Part shown: positions 48,502 through 57,767 of the stretch, one piece after another | Numbering within the stretch: position 1 is the first letter of the stretch | How the letters are laid out: the number at the start of each line of letters is the position of its first letter | Virus record (IMG/VR): IMGVR_UViG_3300030380_006483 | From: a virus | Strand: one strand, 5' to 3' | DNA length: 64,000 nucleotides | Position numbers and translations under genes: made by a program | The notes under the pieces: model-generated | The model's database searches: none | The model's input: the letters and a program-made list of their open reading frames with translations, nothing else | Told to the model about the DNA's origin: nothing

Positions 48502-50787
48502 ATGAAAATTCAAGCCCACACAAGTTTTATTGGTACTACTGGGTATGCTAACCATGCTCAATCTTTTTTTACTGAATTAGATAAACTAACACCTATTAAG
48601 GTTAGAAATGCTACAGTAGGAAAATCATGGAACTGGCCTAATAATACCCCTCATGACAAAGAACCTTACATAACCCCTCAAATGAAAAAAATGCTTCATT
48701 TACAAACATTATTTGAAGCAGATAAAAGTAGAAATGATTATCCTATATACCATCATAAAGAAAATTTCCAATCTGATATAGATATAATTTTAGAGGAACA
48801 TGATCACCATTATTTTTATGATTCTTATAATGGTTATAAAATAGGATATAATGTTTGGGAATCAACTAAATATTCTAATCAATTTTTTAATCAGTTACTT
48901 ACCTTAGATGAATTATGGGTTCCTACTGAATGGCAAAAAGAAATATCCATCAAACAAGGATACCCAGAAAATAAAATATTTGTAATTCCAGAAGGAGTAG
49001 ATGGTAAAATATTTAAACCAAATCCAAAATTAAAAAAACCTAATAAATTTCAATTTATTATAGTAGGTAGGTGGGATTATAGAAAAGGTATAAAAGAAAG
49101 TATTGAAGGTTTTTTAAAAGCATTCCCCGATAATCAAGATGTTGAATTATTATTAAACGTAGAAAACCCATATCCTACAGATGGTATGAATTCAACAGAA
49201 GAACGTTTAAAACACTATAATTTAGAAGATAATAGAATAAAAATATTAAAATTTTTAAATAGAAAACAATATATTAAACTATTACAAAATGCTAATGTAT
49301 TAATTTCTTGTGCTAAAGCAGAAGGATGGAATTTACCTTTAATAGAATCATTAGCTTGTGGTACTCCTTCAATTTATACTAAATGTTCAGGGCAATTAGA
49401 ATTTACTAAAAGTAAAGGATTAGGAGTTGAAATATTAGGAGAAGAAAAAGCAGGAGAAAACATACCTGGTAATTTTTATACTCCTGATTTAAATGATTTA
49501 ATTAAAAAAATAAAAGATTCTTATAATAACTATAATATATGGAAAGAATGGCATTTAAATCGTTCTAAAGAAATAAGAGAAGAGTATTCATGGAAAAATC
49601 AAGCAATAAAAGCATATAATCGTTTACAACAAATAAAAATTACTCCTAAAATTAAAACACCTATATTAGATGTAAATTTTGTAGATGGTCCTTATGCTTG
49701 TTTAAGAAATTCTAATCAAGAATATTTAGTAGATTTTATAAATCAAGACACTAACCAAAGTGAATATTCAGTTAATTTAAAAAATGACCATTGGGGTAAA
49801 ACATTTCATAAATTTTTTATAAATTGGGATATACAAATAAAAGATAATTTTGGAGAAATAATTTATTCCCACAAATATAATGCATCTGGTAAAAGAGTCT
49901 ATATAGCTTTTGGTTCCAAAGCTTTAGGTGATACTTTAGCTTGGTTTCCTTATGCTTTAGAGTTTAAGAAAAAACACAATTGTCATGTAATTGTATCTAC
50001 CTTTTGGAATAAGTTTTTTAAAGAAAAATATCCTGAATTAGAATTTGTATCTCCCGGAGCTACTGTTCCTAATTTATATGCTATGTATGAAATAGGTTGG
50101 TATTATGATGATAATGATCAATTAGATAGGTTTAAACAACCATATGACCCTAAACAATTTACTTTACAACAAACAGCAACTAATATACTAGGATTAGAAT
50201 ATAAAGAAATTATACCTAAAATAAATTATGAAGTAAAGGATCGTCCTTTTAAAGAAAAATATATATGTATATCTCCACATGCTTCTGCAAGCGCTAAATA
50301 TTGGCACCATCCTACTGGGTGGCAAACTATTATTAATTATATTAATAATGTTTTAGGGTATAAAGTAGTAATGATTTCTAAAGAAAAATATAATGATAAT
50401 TGGGAAACTGATAAATTACCTTTACAAAAGAAATTTCAAAATATAATAGATGCTACAGGTGATCACCCTATAGAAGATATAATTAATATGTTACACCATT
50501 CAGAAATGTATATAGGTGTATCTAGTGGTTTAGCTTGGTTATCTTGGTCAATTAAAAATCCTGTAGTGTTAATATCTGGATTTAGTTCTGATTGGACTGA
50601 ATTTTCCTCAAATATTGAAAGAATTATTAATAAAAATGTATGCAATTCTTGTTTTAATAATTTTAAATTAGATGCAGGTGATTGGAATTGGTGTCCTGTC
50701 CACAAAGATACTCCAAGACAATTTGAATGCACTAAAAAAATATTACCTGAAACCGTAATAGAAGGTATTACTCGTAGACTTAGTTAA
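48502..50787 (+). CDS. Fusion of a GT4 glycosyltransferase and an autotransporter O-heptosyltransferase-like (TibC/Aah, BAHT) domain
   Basis: N-half: YNVWES, ELWVP, GRWDYRKG, AEGWNLPLIE (E-x7-E). C-half: KRVYIAFGSKALGDTLAWFPY, IGVSSGLAWL, and four-Cys motif CNSC-x13-C-x11-C at 50641-50730. Confidence 0.85.
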   Translation: MKIQAHTSFIGTTGYANHAQSFFTELDKLTPIKVRNATVGKSWNWPNNTPHDKEPYITPQMKKMLHLQTLFEADKSRNDYPIYHHKENFQSDIDIILEEHDHHYFYDSYNGYKIGYNVWESTKYSNQFFNQLLTLDELWVPTEWQKEISIKQGYPENKIFVIPEGVDGKIFKPNPKLKKPNKFQFIIVGRWDYRKGIKESIEGFLKAFPDNQDVELLLNVENPYPTDGMNSTEERLKHYNLEDNRIKILKFLNRKQYIKLLQNANVLISCAKAEGWNLPLIESLACGTPSIYTKCSGQLEFTKSKGLGVEILGEEKAGENIPGNFYTPDLNDLIKKIKDSYNNYNIWKEWHLNRSKEIREEYSWKNQAIKAYNRLQQIKITPKIKTPILDVNFVDGPYACLRNSNQEYLVDFINQDTNQSEYSVNLKNDHWGKTFHKFFINWDIQIKDNFGEIIYSHKYNASGKRVYIAFGSKALGDTLAWFPYALEFKKKHNCHVIVSTFWNKFFKEKYPELEFVSPGATVPNLYAMYEIGWYYDDNDQLDRFKQPYDPKQFTLQQTATNILGLEYKEIIPKINYEVKDRPFKEKYICISPHASASAKYWHHPTGWQTIINYINNVLGYKVVMISKEKYNDNWETDKLPLQKKFQNIIDATGDHPIEDIINMLHHSEMYIGVSSGLAWLSWSIKNPVVLISGFSSDWTEFSSNIERIINKNVCNSCFNNFKLDAGDWNWCPVHKDTPRQFECTKKILPETVIEGITRRLS

Positions 50788-50825
50788 TATTTATTAGGGA
50801 ATAACCCTAAGTAAAAAAAATATTA

Positions 50826-53072
50826 ATGGCTTCAACAATAAGTACATCAGGTATAGCGAGTGGTAGTGTCATTAAGGCCCAACATGCCTTAAGAATTATT
50901 AACTCTTTAAATGGAACGGCAAATAATGATATCTATGTAACTGGTTCTGTAGGAATTACAGGTAGTTTATCAATAAAAAGTGGTAGTTTAGCGGAAACTG
51001 GTTCCGGTTTTGATTTTTTATTAGCATATGATACAGGTAGTGGAGATGTAAAATTTACAAGAAGAAATTCAACTTCTGGTACATCAGGTACTTCAGGTAG
51101 TTCAGGTTCAAGTGGTACAAGTGGTTCATCTGGTTCAAGTGGAACAAGTGGTACAAATGGTTCATCTGGTTCCTCCGGTTCAAGTGGAACAAGTGGTACC
51201 AATGGTACTAATGGTTCATCAGGTACATCTGGTTCATCCGGTAGTTCAGGAACAAGTGGAGAAAAAGGAGGAGTAGAATATAACTTTGATAACAATACTA
51301 GTGATGCAGATCCAGGAAATGGAGAAATAAAATATAATAATGCATCTATTGCTTCTGTAACTTTTATTTATATAGATAATTTAGATCAAAGAGGGGCAGA
51401 TCAAACTGCATGGTATGCTACTTGGGATGATTCAACAAATAGTGCTGACCGTGGACAAATAATTGTAACCAGTAGGGATACAGGAACAGTTGTAAATTCA
51501 TTTAAAATAACAGGTGCAGTAACAGCAGCTACTGGGTATTATAAAATACCTGTAGCTTATATAACGGGTACTATACCATCTAATGGTAATAAACTATCAG
51601 TCCAATTTTCAAGATCTGGTAATGCAGGTACTTCTGGTACAAGCGGTACTAATGGTTCATCAGGTACTTCAGGTGGATTAAATATATCTAATAATGTTAC
51701 AGGATCTTTACTATTAGCTAGTGGTTCAACTAGTGATCTTAATGGTGCCGCAGGGTTAAAATATACAGGTAGTATTTTCCAAATTACAGGATCAGAAACT
51801 AGAATTTCAAGTTCAGTTAGTATAACTGGAAGTAATGCTCCCGCATTAAGAGTTAGTGGCAGTACAACTTTAACAGGATCAGTTACTATTAGTGGTAGTG
51901 TTTCAGCTTCTAATGTTTATTCTATTGGTGATGCTTTTTTGGGAACTGGAACTGGTAATGATGAGGTAAAATTAGTTCATGCTGGAGATACTGATACTTA
52001 TTTACTATTTGATACAAACCATGTAAATTTAGTTGCAGGTGATAAGTCAGTCATTAAATATGATCAGACACTATCAGATAAAAAAATAATGATTAACAAC
52101 ACCAATGCTGACCTTGACACGCAAATAATGGCGGACAATGGTAATGTAATTATTCATGTTGATGCTGGAGATAATAGAGTAGGAATAAATAAAACAACCC
52201 CAAATAACGCTTTAGACGTAAAAGGAGGTACAAGTATAACAGGTTCAACTACAATTACAGGATCATTACACGTAAGTAGTAGTAATATTTTTATCCCCGC
52301 ATTTAGAGTTACTGGTAGTACAACATTAACAGGTAGTTTATTTGTTAGTGGTGGAATGAAAGTTTCTGGAAGTAACGTTCATAGTGGAAGTACAATACAA
52401 CAAGGTAGTATAAGACTAAAAGGTAGCGCCCATATTTCAGGATCCGAGGCTATATCGGGCTCATTATTAATAACAGGTAGTAATGCCCCAGCATTAAGAA
52501 TTAGTGGTAGTACAGCATTAACAGGTAGTTTACTACAAAGTGGTAGTACACAAATTACAGGTTCTACTCTCTTATCAGGTTCATTACTTTTAACAGGTAG
52601 TTCTACCTTAGCATTAAGGATAACTGGTAGTACAGCATTAACGGGAAGTTTATTACAAAGTGGTAGTACTGTAACTACAGGTAGTGTAGAAATTTCTGGT
52701 AGTTTAGGAGTAGGAACAGCTGCATCAGGTGTTATAGGTGCAATTTTAGCTGCAAACGATGTTGTAGCATTTGCTTCTTCAGATGAAAGATTAAAGGAAA
52801 ATATAACATTAATAGAAAATCCATTAGATAAAATTATTAAAATATCTGGATATGAATATGATTGGGTCCCAATGGAAGGAGTACATGTACATTCAGGACA
52901 CGATATAGGAGTAATAGCACAAGAAGTAGAAAAAGTATTTCCAGAAATTGTAGCAGACAGAGATAATGGATATAAAGCAGTAAAATATGAAAAATTAGTA
53001 TCCGTGTTAATAGAAGGTATAAAGGAATTAAAACAAGAAGTAGATTTACTTAAGAAAAAAATAAATGGCTAA
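50826..53072 (+). CDS. Tail fibre with collagen-like GTS/GSS blocks, TGS beta repeats and a C-terminal intramolecular chaperone (peptidase S74)
   Basis: N-terminus is homologous to the 44145 product; SSDERLKENI...GVIAQEVEKVFPEIV...YKAVKYEKL. Confidence 0.8.
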   Translation: MASTISTSGIASGSVIKAQHALRIINSLNGTANNDIYVTGSVGITGSLSIKSGSLAETGSGFDFLLAYDTGSGDVKFTRRNSTSGTSGTSGSSGSSGTSGSSGSSGTSGTNGSSGSSGSSGTSGTNGTNGSSGTSGSSGSSGTSGEKGGVEYNFDNNTSDADPGNGEIKYNNASIASVTFIYIDNLDQRGADQTAWYATWDDSTNSADRGQIIVTSRDTGTVVNSFKITGAVTAATGYYKIPVAYITGTIPSNGNKLSVQFSRSGNAGTSGTSGTNGSSGTSGGLNISNNVTGSLLLASGSTSDLNGAAGLKYTGSIFQITGSETRISSSVSITGSNAPALRVSGSTTLTGSVTISGSVSASNVYSIGDAFLGTGTGNDEVKLVHAGDTDTYLLFDTNHVNLVAGDKSVIKYDQTLSDKKIMINNTNADLDTQIMADNGNVIIHVDAGDNRVGINKTTPNNALDVKGGTSITGSTTITGSLHVSSSNIFIPAFRVTGSTTLTGSLFVSGGMKVSGSNVHSGSTIQQGSIRLKGSAHISGSEAISGSLLITGSNAPALRISGSTALTGSLLQSGSTQITGSTLLSGSLLLTGSSTLALRITGSTALTGSLLQSGSTVTTGSVEISGSLGVGTAASGVIGAILAANDVVAFASSDERLKENITLIENPLDKIIKISGYEYDWVPMEGVHVHSGHDIGVIAQEVEKVFPEIVADRDNGYKAVKYEKLVSVLIEGIKELKQEVDLLKKKING

Positions 53073-53442
53073 AAATGTAAGAATCGTTCCTGCATCAGGG
53101 TCAATATTCTTCACTGGTGATGGATTTGATGTTACTGGTTCTATTAAATTACAAACTGTAGGTAGTACTGAAAATGTACAATTTATAGATGGTACTTCAA
53201 ATGAATCAATAATTTTAATTCATAAAGCATCTAGGAGAGTTGGAATAGGTTTAGTATCCGCTTCTGCTAAATTAGAAGTATCTTCCTCTAATACTGAAGA
53301 TGCTTTAAAAGTTGGAACCCCAGATGGTGATTTAAAAGTAAATAATAAAGGAATTTTACAATTATCGGAATACCAAGGAAATGCTACCGCTGTTGAGGGT
53401 GGTATTTTATATAGTGGAAGTAATCTATTCATCGGAGATTAA
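53065..53442 (+). CDS. Small virion structural protein (fibre-associated)
   Basis: 125 aa; RVGIG...LEV motif typical of fibre beta repeats. Confidence 0.55.
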   Translation: MAKNVRIVPASGSIFFTGDGFDVTGSIKLQTVGSTENVQFIDGTSNESIILIHKASRRVGIGLVSASAKLEVSSSNTEDALKVGTPDGDLKVNNKGILQLSEYQGNATAVEGGILYSGSNLFIGD

Positions 53443-53471
53443 TATTTATTATAGAATAAAAAATCACATAA

Positions 53472-54434
53472 ATGCCAAGTTGGAAAAAAGTCATAGTCTC
53501 CGGATCCCATGCAGAACTAAGTTCAGTTACAGGTTCATTTACAGGTTCATTTAAAGGAGTAGTTGTAGGTACTATTGCCTCTTCTTCTACTGCATTATTA
53601 GCTGGAACAGCTTCTGTTGCTACTAGAGCAAATTCTTTAGCTCCAACTGCAACTGCTTCATTCGCAGACAGTGCTACAACAGCTTCTCATGCATTAAATG
53701 TACCTAATACTGCATCACATGCACTAACTACAGTATCAGCTTCAATAGCCGATGAAGCTTCAACATTAAGTTCAACTGCAACGGCTTCATTTGCTGATAT
53801 ATCCACATTAGCTAGAGCAGGTTCAGGATCATTTAGTGGTTCATTTCAAGGTGATGGTTCAAATTTATCAGGAATTGCTACTACTTTAACTGTAGATGGT
53901 GATTCAGGAGCACAAGATGTAGATTTACAAACTGATGATTTACAAATATTAGGTACTGCAAATGAAATAGTAACTGCCGTTACAAAAGCTGGTAACGACG
54001 TAAGAGCAACTATTAGTTTACCTGATGATGTTACTATTGGACAAGATTTAACAGTTACTAGAGATGCTACTATTACTAGGAATTTAACTGTTCAAGGTAC
54101 AGCTTCTTTTCAACATACAACTGATTTAGATGTTGCAGATAGATTCATTAGATTAGCATCAGGATCAAATGCTGCAGGGGATGGTGGTATAGCTGTTATT
54201 CAATCTGGATCCAAAAACTCCGAAGCATTAGCTTATGATTCAGCCGTAACTAGATGGGGTTTTACTGGTTCTTTTGATCCATCTCAAAATACTATAGTTC
54301 CAGAAGCATTTGTTGCAGCGGTAATAGAAGGTGGGAGTGGAGATAATGATCCTACTGATACAATTGCTAAATATGCTAAAAAAGGAAATATATTTGTAGC
54401 AGATAACGGAGAAATATATGTTTATTCTTCATAA
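53472..54434 (+). CDS. Fibre-associated structural protein
   Basis: MPSWKKVIVSGS start, ASVATRAN repeat, SGSFQGDGS motif. Confidence 0.6.
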   Translation: MPSWKKVIVSGSHAELSSVTGSFTGSFKGVVVGTIASSSTALLAGTASVATRANSLAPTATASFADSATTASHALNVPNTASHALTTVSASIADEASTLSSTATASFADISTLARAGSGSFSGSFQGDGSNLSGIATTLTVDGDSGAQDVDLQTDDLQILGTANEIVTAVTKAGNDVRATISLPDDVTIGQDLTVTRDATITRNLTVQGTASFQHTTDLDVADRFIRLASGSNAAGDGGIAVIQSGSKNSEALAYDSAVTRWGFTGSFDPSQNTIVPEAFVAAVIEGGSGDNDPTDTIAKYAKKGNIFVADNGEIYVYSS

Positions 54435-54449
54435 TAAATTTTAATAGTT

Positions 54450-54668
54450 TTGGGTTTTATTGCAAGCAAAATAGAAGTAAAAGAGGGAAAAAGTAAGGTA
54501 ATTGATAATGCAGAATTACCTCAAGATTTGCTTTTAGATAAGGCAGAATTACAAGTTCTTTTAAAAATGATTAAAAATTCTTCATTTGAAGGAAAAGATA
54601 TTGAACTGGTTTTTAAAATGACCTGGAAATTACAAGAAGCTTATTTATCTCTACAAGAGAATGAATAA
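54450..54668 (+). CDS. Small hypothetical protein (TTG start; possible fibre chaperone)
   Basis: 72 aa helical ORF filling the gap. Confidence 0.45.
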   Translation: MGFIASKIEVKEGKSKVIDNAELPQDLLLDKAELQVLLKMIKNSSFEGKDIELVFKMTWKLQEAYLSLQENE

Positions 54669-54713
54669 ATATATTTTACTTCTCCTCCATAAATTTAAAA
54701 TATTTATACTTGA

Positions 54714-54766
54714 TATTATCGGCCCTTAAGGGAAGTGGGCAGGCAATCCTGTAACCAACCATAATA
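54714..54766 (+). ncRNA. Candidate structured cis-regulatory RNA in the 5' leader of 54773
   Basis: GC-rich island in an AT-rich genome: TATTAT/ATAATA closing stem, CCC-TTAA-GGG and CAGG-CAAT-CCTG hairpins. Lies between the late motif (54699) and the ATG. Confidence 0.4.
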
Positions 54767-54772
54767 AATTAT

Positions 54773-55399
54773 ATGCCTAGTTGGAAAAAACTTATTACTA
54801 GTGGCTCTAATGCTACTCTATCCTCACTATCAGTTGATAACCAAATAACGGGTTCATCTTATACAGGTTCTTTTACTGGTTCTTATCAAGGTGATGGTTC
54901 GGATTTAACAGGTATAAATCCTTTCCCATTTACTGGATCCGCTTCAGTCCTAGGAGATTTAAGATTAGACTCTCCATCAAATGATTACGTAGATGATGCT
55001 TATGTAAATGATTATTTAGTTGGTGGAACTGCTTTAATAGTTGAGGATAATGCTATATTTAGTGGTTCTGTAACTGTATTAAATTTATCAGGTTCAGTTT
55101 CAGGTTCATTCCAAGGACAAGTAAATACAGAATTATTAAGAATTAGTTCTCCAAATGATTATGTTGCTGATTATGTTGAAGATTATATAGCGGGTATAGC
55201 ATTAATTACAACAGGGTCAGCTATCATAGAAGGTGGGGCAGATATAATAGGACCTTTAAATCATTCACAAGGAGCAGTTGTATTAACTAGAGTATCTGAA
55301 AGTCTTAACTTTACAAATGATACAGATGCAGCTACTGGTGGAGTTCCTTTAGGAGGATTATACAGAAATGGAAACGATATTAAAATTAGAATAACTTAA
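54773..55399 (+). CDS. Short fibre-like structural protein
   Basis: MPSWKKLITSGS start shared with 53472; duplicated SP.NDYV.D.YV.DY segment; C-terminal DAATGGVPLGGLYR motif. Confidence 0.6.
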   Translation: MPSWKKLITSGSNATLSSLSVDNQITGSSYTGSFTGSYQGDGSDLTGINPFPFTGSASVLGDLRLDSPSNDYVDDAYVNDYLVGGTALIVEDNAIFSGSVTVLNLSGSVSGSFQGQVNTELLRISSPNDYVADYVEDYIAGIALITTGSAIIEGGADIIGPLNHSQGAVVLTRVSESLNFTNDTDAATGGVPLGGLYRNGNDIKIRIT

Positions 55400-55427
55400 C
55401 AATATTTATAACATATATTAATTAACT

Positions 55428-57746
55428 ATGGCAATTACTTTAAGAACAGGTTTAGGTAGAAAGCTTACCATCGCAGAGATGGATGAAAACTTTACTTTTT
55501 TAAGTAGCTCCTATGTAGTAAACAGTGTGACGGCTTCAATGACGGCTGGTTCAGCTTCAGTTGCTACAAGAGCTAATGGTTTAGCTCCAACGGTAACAGC
55601 TTCATTTGCTGATACAACTACATCGGCTTCTATATCTACCACTGCTCAAACATCATCCGTTGCTACAAGAGCTAATACTTTAGCTCCAACTGCAACAGCT
55701 ACATCTGCATCAACAGCAGTATTAGCCCAAACTGCTTCCGTTGCTACTAGGGCAAATGGTTTAGCTCCTACAGTTACAGCAACATCAGCCTCTACTGCTA
55801 TTGCAGCTCAAACAGCCTCAGTGGCTACAAGAGCAAATGGCTTAGCACCAACAGTTACAGCAACTTCTGCTTCAACTGCTATTGCAGCTCAAACAGCCTC
55901 AGTCGCTACAAGAGCAAATGCTTTAGCCCCTACAGTAACTGCCACTTCAGCTTCCGTAGCTGCAAGAGCAACTACTTTAAGTGCACAAGCTACAGCTTCA
56001 TTTGCAGACGTAGCAGGCACGGTACATGATGGTAACATAACTGCTACAAAAATTGCAGCAGATGCCGTTATTACAACTAAAATATTAAATAGTAATGTAA
56101 CAAATGCTAAATTAGCAAATGATAGTGTTACTATAGGTTCAACAGAAGTAGATTTAGGAGCTACAGCAGCTTCATTAACAGGGTTGACAAGCATTTCTGC
56201 TCAAACTGGTAGTTTTGTATTACAAGTATTTGAATCCGCTTCTACTATAATAACATCTGGATCAAACATTCTTGGTGATAAAGCAACTGATATTCAACAA
56301 ATTACAGGTAGTTTACTACAAACAGGTAGTATGACTGTTATAGGTAATATATCAGCTAGTGTAGGAGGATTTAGTGGTTCATTCCAAGGAGATGGTACAT
56401 TATTAACAGGTGTAATAGCTTCAGGTTCGATTCAATCAGCCTCTGTTGCTGCAAGAGCAACTACTTTAAGCCCAGCGGCTACGGCTGCATCATCATCAAC
56501 GGCAATATTAGCCCAAACAGCTTCTGTTGCTACAAGAGCAAATGCTTTAGCCCCTACAGTAACTGCCACTTCAGCCTCTGTTGCTGCAAGAGCAACTACT
56601 TTAAGTGCTGCGGCAACAGCAAGTTTTGCAGATAAAGCAAACGTCGCTGTAACATCAAATGTAATTCCTGTAACAGTAGTTAATGATGGAGGAAACAAAT
56701 ATGCATTTAATGGAGTAACTGCTCCAAAAATATCACTTAATAGAGGAGAATTATACAGATTTGATCTATCAGATTCAAGTAATAATGGTCACCCACTTAG
56801 ATTTAGATTACTTAATGATACCTCATACACACCAGGAGTAAATGCAGTAGGTACACCAGGTCAAGCAGGTGCATATGTGGATTTTGATGTTAATTTTTCA
56901 ACATCAGCATCTTTAAAATATTACTGTACATCCCATGGAAATGGAATGGGTAATACAGCTCAAGTACCAGATTTTCTTAATAATAGTGGTTCATTTAGTG
57001 GTTCTTATCAAGGTGATGGTTCTAATATAACTGCAGTATCAGCAATTTCATCATCTACAGCAGTATTAGCTCAAACAGCCTCTGTTGCTACTAGAGCTAA
57101 TGGTTTAGCACCAACAGTTACAGCATCATTTGCAGATTTAGCAAGTAATGTACGTAACCTTTCCATTTCAGGATCTGGAGCTATATCAGGTTCATTATTA
57201 GTAACAGGAAGTTCTGCTCTAGCAATAAGAGTTAGTGGTAGTACAGCTTTAACAGGTAGTATTTTCCAAACAGGATCATTTAACGTCTCGGGTAGTAGTA
57301 TGTTATCTGGATCTGTAAGTATTACTGGTAGCACAAATATAATTGGTGCCGTAAGTTCAAGTGATACAGGTAGGTTTAAGAGTTTAGGTATTAATGTTGC
57401 CCCTTCAGGTGTAGCCGGAGCTATATTAGCTACTAATGATGTTGTTGCATTTGCCTCTTCAGATGAAAGATTAAAGGAAAATCTAGAACCAATTGGAAGT
57501 GCAGTTGAAAAAGTAGAACAAATAACAGGATATACTTATAATTGGATTCCTATGGAAGATATTCACGTATATGGTGATATGAAAGATATAGGTGTAATAG
57601 CACAAGAAGTAGAAAAAGTATTACCTGAAATAGTATCAGATAGAGAAAATGGATATAAAGCAATTAAATATGATAAATTGACAGCTGTATTAATCCAAGC
57701 AGTAAAAGAATTATCTGATAGAGTTAAAACTTTAGAAAATAAATAA
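55428..57746 (+). CDS. Tail fibre with ASVATRAN repeats, a cupredoxin-like domain and a C-terminal S74 chaperone
   Basis: About 22-aa tandem repeats; GHPL...YYCTSHGNGMG; SSDERLKEN...GVIAQEVEKVLPEIV. Confidence 0.8.
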   Translation: MAITLRTGLGRKLTIAEMDENFTFLSSSYVVNSVTASMTAGSASVATRANGLAPTVTASFADTTTSASISTTAQTSSVATRANTLAPTATATSASTAVLAQTASVATRANGLAPTVTATSASTAIAAQTASVATRANGLAPTVTATSASTAIAAQTASVATRANALAPTVTATSASVAARATTLSAQATASFADVAGTVHDGNITATKIAADAVITTKILNSNVTNAKLANDSVTIGSTEVDLGATAASLTGLTSISAQTGSFVLQVFESASTIITSGSNILGDKATDIQQITGSLLQTGSMTVIGNISASVGGFSGSFQGDGTLLTGVIASGSIQSASVAARATTLSPAATAASSSTAILAQTASVATRANALAPTVTATSASVAARATTLSAAATASFADKANVAVTSNVIPVTVVNDGGNKYAFNGVTAPKISLNRGELYRFDLSDSSNNGHPLRFRLLNDTSYTPGVNAVGTPGQAGAYVDFDVNFSTSASLKYYCTSHGNGMGNTAQVPDFLNNSGSFSGSYQGDGSNITAVSAISSSTAVLAQTASVATRANGLAPTVTASFADLASNVRNLSISGSGAISGSLLVTGSSALAIRVSGSTALTGSIFQTGSFNVSGSSMLSGSVSITGSTNIIGAVSSSDTGRFKSLGINVAPSGVAGAILATNDVVAFASSDERLKENLEPIGSAVEKVEQITGYTYNWIPMEDIHVYGDMKDIGVIAQEVEKVLPEIVSDRENGYKAIKYDKLTAVLIQAVKELSDRVKTLENK
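55560..56000 (+). repeat. Tandem about 66-nt repeat encoding (A)QTASVATRANGLAPTVTATSASTA
   Basis: Five to six consecutive units, with further copies at about 56529, 57070, 47235, 53600 and 45646. Confidence 0.85.
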
Positions 57747-57767
57747 TATAGTTATTTAATTTTAGTT

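Noticed and set aside
50794-50810. TTAGGG-AATAA-CCCTAA hairpin upstream of the 50826 fibre gene
   Set aside because: A single 6-bp stem with no second copy or U-tail; could be chance, though it should be included in any leader covariation search.
47235-55757. Near-identical 60-nt pair as a possible DGR template/variable repeat
   Set aside because: Only one mismatch, both copies lie in coding frames mid-gene, and there is no reverse transcriptase or avd gene in the window.
44069-57334. Minus-strand ORFs over fibre genes (44069..44692, 50933..51295, 47384..47746, 55889..56194, 56432..56698, 57071..57334)
   Set aside because: Gly/Ser/Thr/Ala codons lack antisense stops, so long shadow frames are expected; the whole window is + strand coded.
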